From Malacoraja senta (taxonomy: Eukaryota), in contig CM075985.1 in NCBI GenBank assembly GCA_038087875.1, positions 40,548,001 through 40,612,000 of the forward strand: a DNA stretch of 64,000 bases, written 5' to 3'. The notes beneath the pieces are model-generated. The model was not told where the DNA came from. It did not search any database and saw only the letters and a list, made by a program, of their open reading frames with translations. A program made the translations under genes and the position numbers. Below, in pieces: positions 61,721 to 64,000 of this stretch; position 1 is the first letter of the stretch; every line of letters starts with the position of its first letter.

Positions 61721-62149
61721 CGCAATATCAGGTTATATCATATGTTATAGAAATCATTATATCTATTAGGTTATATCATGTGGGGCTTGTAATTGTTACA
61801 ATTACTGCAGATTACTTCAAATTAGGGGGTTCGAGTTGACTTCCAAACCAGAGAGAGATTCACCATCACGTGGAGGAAATATACACAATGAACAACGACC
61901 AAGGACTTTTAATGAAGCAGAATCTTTACCACCGGGGGTGCGCCGATGAGATTCGATGTGTGGGTTTTCCGTCCAGCGCTCCTGCTGATATGCCAACTGT
62001 TAGAACGTACTTTTGAATAACGTTCAGAGTCCAGTGGTAGTTTTAAGGTTCCCTTATTCACAGTTTGCAGTTGTTAGATATCCAGGACAGAGATCACAAG
62101 ACAAATTAAAAGGACCGACAGAACAAAGCTGAAACCATGCATGAGTCGC

Positions 62150-62490
62150 TGCATTCAAAAGGCTGCCAGCATCATCAAGGATCCACACCATCCTGGCCAC
62201 TGACTCATCTCCCCACTGCTTTCAGGTAGAAGGTACAGGAGCCTGACATCTGCAACATCCAGGTTCAGGAATAGCTGCTTCCCCATAGCCATCAGGCTAT
62301 TAAACACAACTCAATCAAAACTGAACATTAATAGCTCATTGCACTTTATCTGATTATTTATGTGTGTATATATACATTCAATAGAATATGGTCACTGATC
62401 TGTTCTGTACTTATTTATGCCTACTATATTCTGTTGTGTAGTTGTGCTGTGTTGTGCAAGAATTTCATTGTCCTATCTGGGACACATGAC
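62150..62490 (+). mobile_element. Rex1/Babar-like LINE 3' end
   Basis: gccagcatcatcaaggatccacaccatcctggccac..agaaggtacaggagcctg..; ends gacacatgacaa. Confidence 0.7.
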
Positions 62491-63634
62491 AAACTCTCTT
62501 GAATCTCTTGAATCTTGAAAACAGCAGGATAAGGAATTCATCAGGTAGACACAAAATGCGGGAGTAACTCAGCGGGTCAGGCAGCAACTCTGGAGCGAAG
62601 GAATAGATGATGTTTTGCGTTGAGACCCTAATCAGAATAAGACGGGTCACCGTTTCTCCAGAGATGCTGTCTGACCCGCTATTACTCCAGCTTTTTGATT
62701 CTGCTTTTGGTTTAAACCAACATCTGCAGTTCCTTGTGCACACCCAAGTTGTGTCCTTTCTTTATTGGTCCTGATCCCAGGGGGTTGGTTGGCATTACCT
62801 ATTTACCTTTGTCCTATTAAGGGATTGTTGGTCACATTTCTGCCTTTGTCTTTTATCAATTATCATCTTACGTTCACAAGTTGTTCTTTGCCTCTGGGCA
62901 TGTTCAGACTTCTTTTCAAGGAATCGGTAGTTTCTCGCAAACACCTCAGCAATTCTCTTCAAATCCCTAAAGATCGTAGCCTGTGCATTATCCAGAGATG
63001 CTGCCTGACCGGCTGAGTTACCCCAACACTTTGTGTCTTTCTTAATTTTAGGAAGGAACTGCGGATGCTGATTGAAACCGAAGATTAACACAACAAGCTG
63101 GAGTCACTCAGTGGGGCCAGGCAGCAAGTCTGGAGAAAGGGAATAGGTGATGTTTCAGGTTGAGGACCTCCTTCACACCTGCCACCAAAATGTCACATAT
63201 CTTTTCATCTGAGAGGCTGAGTGGACTCCAGCTTCTGGTGTCTATCTTGTATCTTTCTTAAATTGTGTTTTACTTCATGCATGTGGCAATAGTTGGTTTT
63301 ATATTATTGGCAGAAAATCCCATTGAAAGTAGGAAGTATTCTGTATTATAAGCAACAGGTGGAATGGAGATGCATCTGTTTACAATGCCCTGTTACAATG
63401 TCCTGTTACCGTGACTCCCATGACTTATTTACGAGTTATTTAATCACCAGTTCCAGTGTGAGGAAGGATGAGAATGGCAAAGGAAGGGAAGCTTGCATAA
63501 CCAAAAAAGGTTGTAAATATAATTAGAAAGAAAAAAAAAAGAAAGTGCATGTAAGGTTCAGGAGGATGGAATCAAGCAGGAGCTTTGAGGAATGTAAAGA
63601 AAGGAGGAAATAACTCAAGTGGGTGAGTAGAGGG

Positions 63635-63905
63635 TGGGCACAGCGGCACAGCTGGAGAGTTGCTGCCTTGCAGCACGTGCAGCGTTGGAGACCTGCCTTC
63701 AATCATGACTACGGGTGCTGTCTGTAAGGAGTTTGTACGTTTCTCCCGATGACTACGTGGGGTTTCTCCGAGATCTTTCGGTTTCCTCCCACACTCCAAA
63801 GACATACAGGTATGTAGGTAAATCGGGATTAGAAAAAATGTAAATTGTCCCCTAGTGTGGGCTGAAGGGTCTGTTTCTGCGCTGTATCTCTAAAGCTTAA
63901 AAACT
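63635..63905 (+). mobile_element. HE1/V-SINE-like SINE
   Basis: ggcacagcggcacagctggagagttgctgcc..ctgtatctctaaa. Confidence 0.85.
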
Positions 63906-64000
63906 AAAGGGGCTTATTGGCTTTGGCGAGTCGGATTACAGAAAATCCCACATCTTTTTCAAGGTTTCAAGGTCAGTTTATTGTCACATGTACCAATTAA

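Noticed and set aside
63290-63530. Candidate MHC alpha2 exon after aacag at ~63355
   Set aside because: No frame gives the alpha2 motifs (HTxQ, YGC, YDG, W) and stops occur early

Overview
Repeat-dense vertebrate genomic DNA, inferred to be from a cartilaginous fish (shark, ray or skate) because it is dominated by HE1/V-SINE-like SINEs and CR1 LINEs and carries a shark-type MHC class I exon. The only host gene I can support is the 5' part of a divergent MHC class I-like gene on the + strand: an X/Y-box-like promoter (~29367-29411), a signal-peptide exon (29487-29538) and, after a ~20.8 kb intron, an alpha1 exon (50369-50629). No alpha2 or alpha3 exon is recognisable in the window. The rest is mobile or repeated DNA. 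There are two structurally complete but coding-decayed DIRS tyrosine-recombinase retrotransposons (7388-12515 on -, 44380-49096 on +) with ITR/ICR termini, ATT integration cores and a shared 62-nt leader intron. A 5-copy ~1.79 kb tandem array (18346-27285) lies just upstream of the MHC gene. Many Penelope-like fragments have termini carrying a minimal hammerhead-ribozyme-like motif and often occur as inverted pairs. Also present: Harbinger MITEs plus a transposase/MADF deletion derivative, a hAT/P-like MITE, CR1, L2 and Rex1 LINE pieces, minisatellites, a CT/GA-flanked palindrome and two N gaps. Coordinates of old repeats are approximate and all alignments were done by eye.
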